Assembly (NCBI RefSeq): GCF_032444005.1 | Contig: NC_091285.1 | Location: forward strand, 623,100,001 to 623,164,000 | DNA length: 64,000 bases | From: Ranitomeya imitator | Taxonomy: Eukaryota | Direction of reading: 5' to 3' | Part shown: positions 60,087 through 64,000 of the stretch, piece after piece | Layout of the letters: each line of letters starts with the position of its first letter | Numbering within the stretch: the first letter of the stretch is position 1 | The notes under the pieces: generated by a model | The model's input: the letters and a program-made list of their open reading frames with translations, nothing else | The model's database searches: none | What the model was told of the DNA's origin: nothing | Program-made: the position numbers and the translations under genes

Positions 60087-60131
60087 TTCCCTACGCGTTT
60101 CCTCTCCCATAGGGGAGATTCCTCAGGGGAA
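60087..60131 (-). ncRNA. Second copy of the hammerhead ribozyme, in the upstream pLTR
   Basis: Identical to 55613-55657; about 400 nt upstream of the ORF1 ATG. Confidence 0.85.
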
Positions 60132-63100
60132 CAGAAAAATCGGGGGTATACATATAATACGATGTACTATTTAGAGATGTTAAGCCCCTGCATTGGCAGG
60201 TGGCTCCTATGTGTCCAGTGCACCTGGCTTCCAGTGTGGACTATGGTATGGTGAGATGCATGCAGGGACCGCGCTCCCTAATATAGTCTATCCCCCTCTC
60301 AATCCTAATTGCACGGCGTCCTACCTCACTTCCGGCCCTTGATTATGGCCGCTTCAATTACCGGGTGCTCTAGGCGTTGTGTTGTCATGTAAACGCCTAA
60401 CCAGATGCTGCGCCGGTCTCTCCATTACCGCGCATGCGGACCATGTACCACCATTAGATTTGCCTTCACTTCCGGTTCACGGTACTAATTATTTCCGCTA
60501 TTGCGCAGTACCCACCCGGGATCAGTTCCGTCCTCTGTCTGCGTCTCCGCAGCCATGACTACGATCTGTCATGGCTGTGCGCATGCGTCCTTTTTTCCCC
60601 GCAGCTGTACGCTTTGCCGGCAGGTACATTAGGTTCCCAGTGTTTTTGCCACAGTGCGCATACGGACTTCCTACTATTACCCGCTCTGTCGGTAGGTTTT
60701 GTGTCACTAGTAATAAAAGATATGTGTCACTAGTGATAAAAGATATGTCAATATCAAACAACGCCGCCATGCCGGAATCTTTTCAGATATAACCATGAGA
60801 GGGGGTGGCTAGTCAAAGGGAAAGAAGTCCCTCTAGATAAGTCCATAGAAAATTATTGATAGAAAAATCTCCCTTTATTCCCCCCTCAGATCGGGTCGGA
60901 GAACAATATATATTTCTAGGATATGGCAGTGGCTCATAGCCTAAATATCCCAATGGATAATACACATCCTGTTTTAATGACTTAAAACTCCCCAGAGACC
61001 GCAGATCAGACTCCAACCCATTAGCCCATTAGTTACCAAAGAAGGAGATAAAATCTATAAACCCCTATTGATCTCAAAGAAAACAACTATAGTTCAATTG
61101 CTCATTTAGGCCCTGCGGATAGCAGGTCTGGAGGCGAAAAATCCACCTAGACTCCTTTTGGAGCAAGATCCTATCAAAGTCGCCCCCTCTTCTTGGTGGT
61201 CTCACTTTCTCGATACCCATAAATTGTATGGCCTTCATGTCCCCATCATGCATAACATTGACATGTCTGGCCACCGAAGTCTCTCTTTTATTCCGAATAT
61301 TACCTAGATGCTCACCTATCCTTCTCCTGAATTCTCTAGAGGTTTTGCCTACATAGGCCTAACCACATTTGCACATAATACGATAGATGATACCTTTTGT
61401 TTTGCAATTGATAAAGTCCCTGATCTCAAACGACTCATCAATGCCTTCAAACTTTTTCCCCACTATTACGTGTTCACAGGCCACGCAGTCACCACATCGA
61501 TAACAGCCACAAATCTTCCCCGGTAACCAGGTTTCTCTGGTAGTAGGTGTAACAAAGTGGCTGCGTACCAATCGATTGCCAATGGTCTTACTCTTTCTGT
61601 ATGTGATGAGAGGTCTCTCACCTACAAAGTCTCTAATGTCCTCATCCATCCGAAGGATACCCCAATGCTTTTGGACCACTTGTCTGACCATTTGGGCCCC
61701 ATTATCATAGGTGCAAATGAGTCTGGCTTTTTCATTCGAATATTCAGTTCTCTTTTTGGGTACCATAAGTTCCCTCCTATCTTGTTCTTTTGCATATTTA
61801 AATGCTTCCCTCAGTATTCGGTCAGGGTACCCTTTGGTCAGAAACCTCTGACGCAGGTCATCCGCCTTGATTTTAAAGTCCCTAGTGTTTGAACAGTTTC
61901 TTTTTAAACGTAGGTATTGGCCCTTGGGTATGCCTCTCTTGAGGGAATATGGATGGTGACTCTCCCACTTCAAAAAAGAGTTAGTGGAGGTCGGTTTTCG
62001 AAAGATGGTGGTCTCTAATGTGTTTAGTGGGTTTAGTAATTAGAACATCAAGAAATGCCAATCTAGGACGCTCCTGAAAAAACGGCTGATGTGGTGAGAT
62101 CAAACCATTTTTTACTGAGCCGGTACTGTCTGCAGGCTTTCTCAAAGGCCCGCAGAAACGTGTCCAAGTCTCCGTCCTTCTCCATAACAGGGAAGTGATC
62201 GGGCCGAGGCTTAGGTATCTGAGCGCTGCTGGGCTCACAGTTGGTCTGGGACGACCCCTGCATTCGCAGTTGAGCTAACTGCAGCTGGTACTCCTGCTCT
62301 GCTTGCCGCTCGGCTCGCTGGGCCTCTCTCTCAGCTCGGGCCTCTCTCTCGGCTTGCTGGGCCTCCTGCCGGTATTGCTGAATCAGCTGCCGACGTCTCT
62401 CATGGTCATCAGTGGGGAATTCTTTCAAGGCCGCCTGCAGGTGGGGGTCCAATTCGCCTGGATCGCTAACAGGGCCAGCATTCAGTGGTTGGACCTCTGC
62501 TGCAGCACCATATTCGCTGGTGCTGGCTTCTGCGGCCTCTGGGCTCTGTGACCTGGCTTGGTCGGCTTCAAATTGCACCAGGTCAGCGACCATTTGAGCC
62601 TTGGACTTGTCCTGGGGGTTCAGGCCGTGGTACATGCATATCCCAGCAAGAATATCCTTCTTCTGCTGGTTGTACCAGGCTTCCCCTTTCACAGCCATGG
62701 TTGCCAAATAAAAGATAGGATAGAAAAACGAAGAGAAAGGGAGGGGATAATTACCAGTACGCAATTGTCTCAAGACTAATAAAACACTGAGTTCGTTCTC
62801 CAAACTTATTTGCGCAGAGTCCTCGCAAGAACTTTCTGCAAGTTTTTAGTGAGAGGAATGATTACTCAAACCAATTCACTAATGCTCTAAGATATCCCAC
62901 CGCCTTACCACCAATTTGTCAGGATTCCTCGACCGCTGCCACCAATTTGTCACGATTCACACCGTGACCGTCACCCCTACGTCACGGGTCGGGGTGACTT
63001 TGGGCCAACAGACGGCTATCACATGTGCAGGGGGGCTTATCTTAGTTATCCCTCCAGTGCTAACAATGTGATGAGAAAACACACACAAGGCTATTGACCT

Positions 63101-64000
63101 CTTAGTTTACAGAAGGGGCTTATTCTAGGTATCCCACTGCTTTTCAATATACCACGAACTGCAGGGATTTATGTATATCCCGCTTACAGTTCCACTTAAC
63201 ACTTGCAGCTCTCTGGCGCCCCCTTACTCTCAGGTCAGATTAGGTACTGCACCCTGGGTAATTAGTCGCCAGAAAGGCTGCCTGCTATGTACTGGCTATT
63301 GGGCACGCTGCAGCGACGCGATAACTACTCCCACTCAGGCAGGAACAATAATTATCAACGCCGCAGCCGCTACAGCATCACTCAACAGTCTGCACACGGT
63401 ATCACTGCCACCAGCTTCGATTAAACGGGTCCGAAGCTAACCCAACACAACAGTAACAGTAGCGTATTTCCCTTCAGAAGACTTAGGGTACGGTTTAGAG
63501 CAGGAGAACGAACTAATATTAAATATTATATCCCATAAAAATTAGGTAGTGCTTTATCAAAAATATTTTATAAAGATGTTACAAATGAGACAATTGCAAA
63601 TATGTACAAGGGTAATTATGAAATAAACAGGGATTAAATGAGAAAATGTAACACTCACATGTTCAAAGCATGGCAGGCAACCAGGCTAGTGGAGTTTTTT
63701 CCATACGTCCCAGCTCATTGGACGTGCTGCTGGCTTCAGGAGAAGACAAGAAGTCAAGAAGAAGTCTGAGCTGGGGAAGCCTGCCACACACTTAAAACCT
63801 TAAGGCTGTGACATCACAGAAAGGCTGGCTTATCCTGACCCTCCTCTCTACATTCTGAGTAAACTTTAAACTATTTTCTCTGATTTCTATAACTTCACTA
63901 CAAAACATGTCAGAGTCATAACAAACCCATCATTCATCTCGGATTAACGTGAGCATTCTAATGAGATCAAATATGTCTTTTCTGGGATACATATTTACAG

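Larger units (their letters stand above)
55238..62117 (-). mobile_element. Young Penelope-like element, family 2 (Neptune-like), partial tandem with inverted 5' tip
   Basis: TSD AGCCGGTACTGTCTGCA (14-17 bp) at 55221-37 and 62118-34; about 2.35-kb direct repeat (55238-57590 vs 59713-62064, period about 4475); 62064-62117 is the reverse complement of about 55426-55480. Confidence 0.95.
54110..62698 (-). pseudogene. Gmr1 gag-protease, split by the PLE family 2 insertion
   Basis: MAVKGEAW (62698)...FEKACRQY|RLPTDEWA (55237)...; SCAN-like block; CCHC knuckle CYTCHQTGHLSPSC; protease LKDTGA. Confidence 0.88.
49423..64000 (-). mobile_element. Gmr1-like Ty3/Gypsy LTR retrotransposon (5' LTR runs off the window)
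   Basis: 3' LTR 49423-50853; PPT 50854-65; 5' LTR from 62917 (about 1% different); tRNA-Leu-type PBS at about 62893-62912. Confidence 0.93.

Overview
This is eukaryotic, almost certainly vertebrate, repeat-dense DNA. The transposon set suggests an anuran amphibian (inference). I found no host gene; essentially the whole 64 kb resolves into nested transposable elements. (1) A hAT-type non-autonomous element carrying a 1.9-kb two-part minisatellite (217-3542). (2) A two-gene PIF/Harbinger transposon (3706-18969) hosting a full-length CR1 LINE, a Tc2-like MITE, two abutting Tc1 elements (one intact DD34E, one decayed DD35E) and further MITEs. (3) A chromodomain Ty3/Gypsy element with a Tf1-like self-priming signature (22032-27614). 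(4) A deleted Tc1 hosting a 2-kb palindromic Harbinger MITE with three CTCF-like motifs at its centre. (5) A 14-kb inverted Penelope-like (PLE) complex, one arm of which is a circularly permuted full unit (31499-45542). (6) A Gmr1-type Gypsy element (PR-IN-RT-RH order, 49423 to beyond 64000) whose gag is interrupted by a young, intact partial-tandem PLE. The strongest leads are a perfectly phased U_UUU_UUA -1 frameshift signal joining ORF1 to the RT/GIY-YIG ORF of that PLE, the hammerhead ribozymes in both PLE families, and the one-unit-plus-19-nt permuted PLE, which could be a footprint of reverse transcription on a circular RNA. All family assignments come from motif recognition by eye; no database searches were run.
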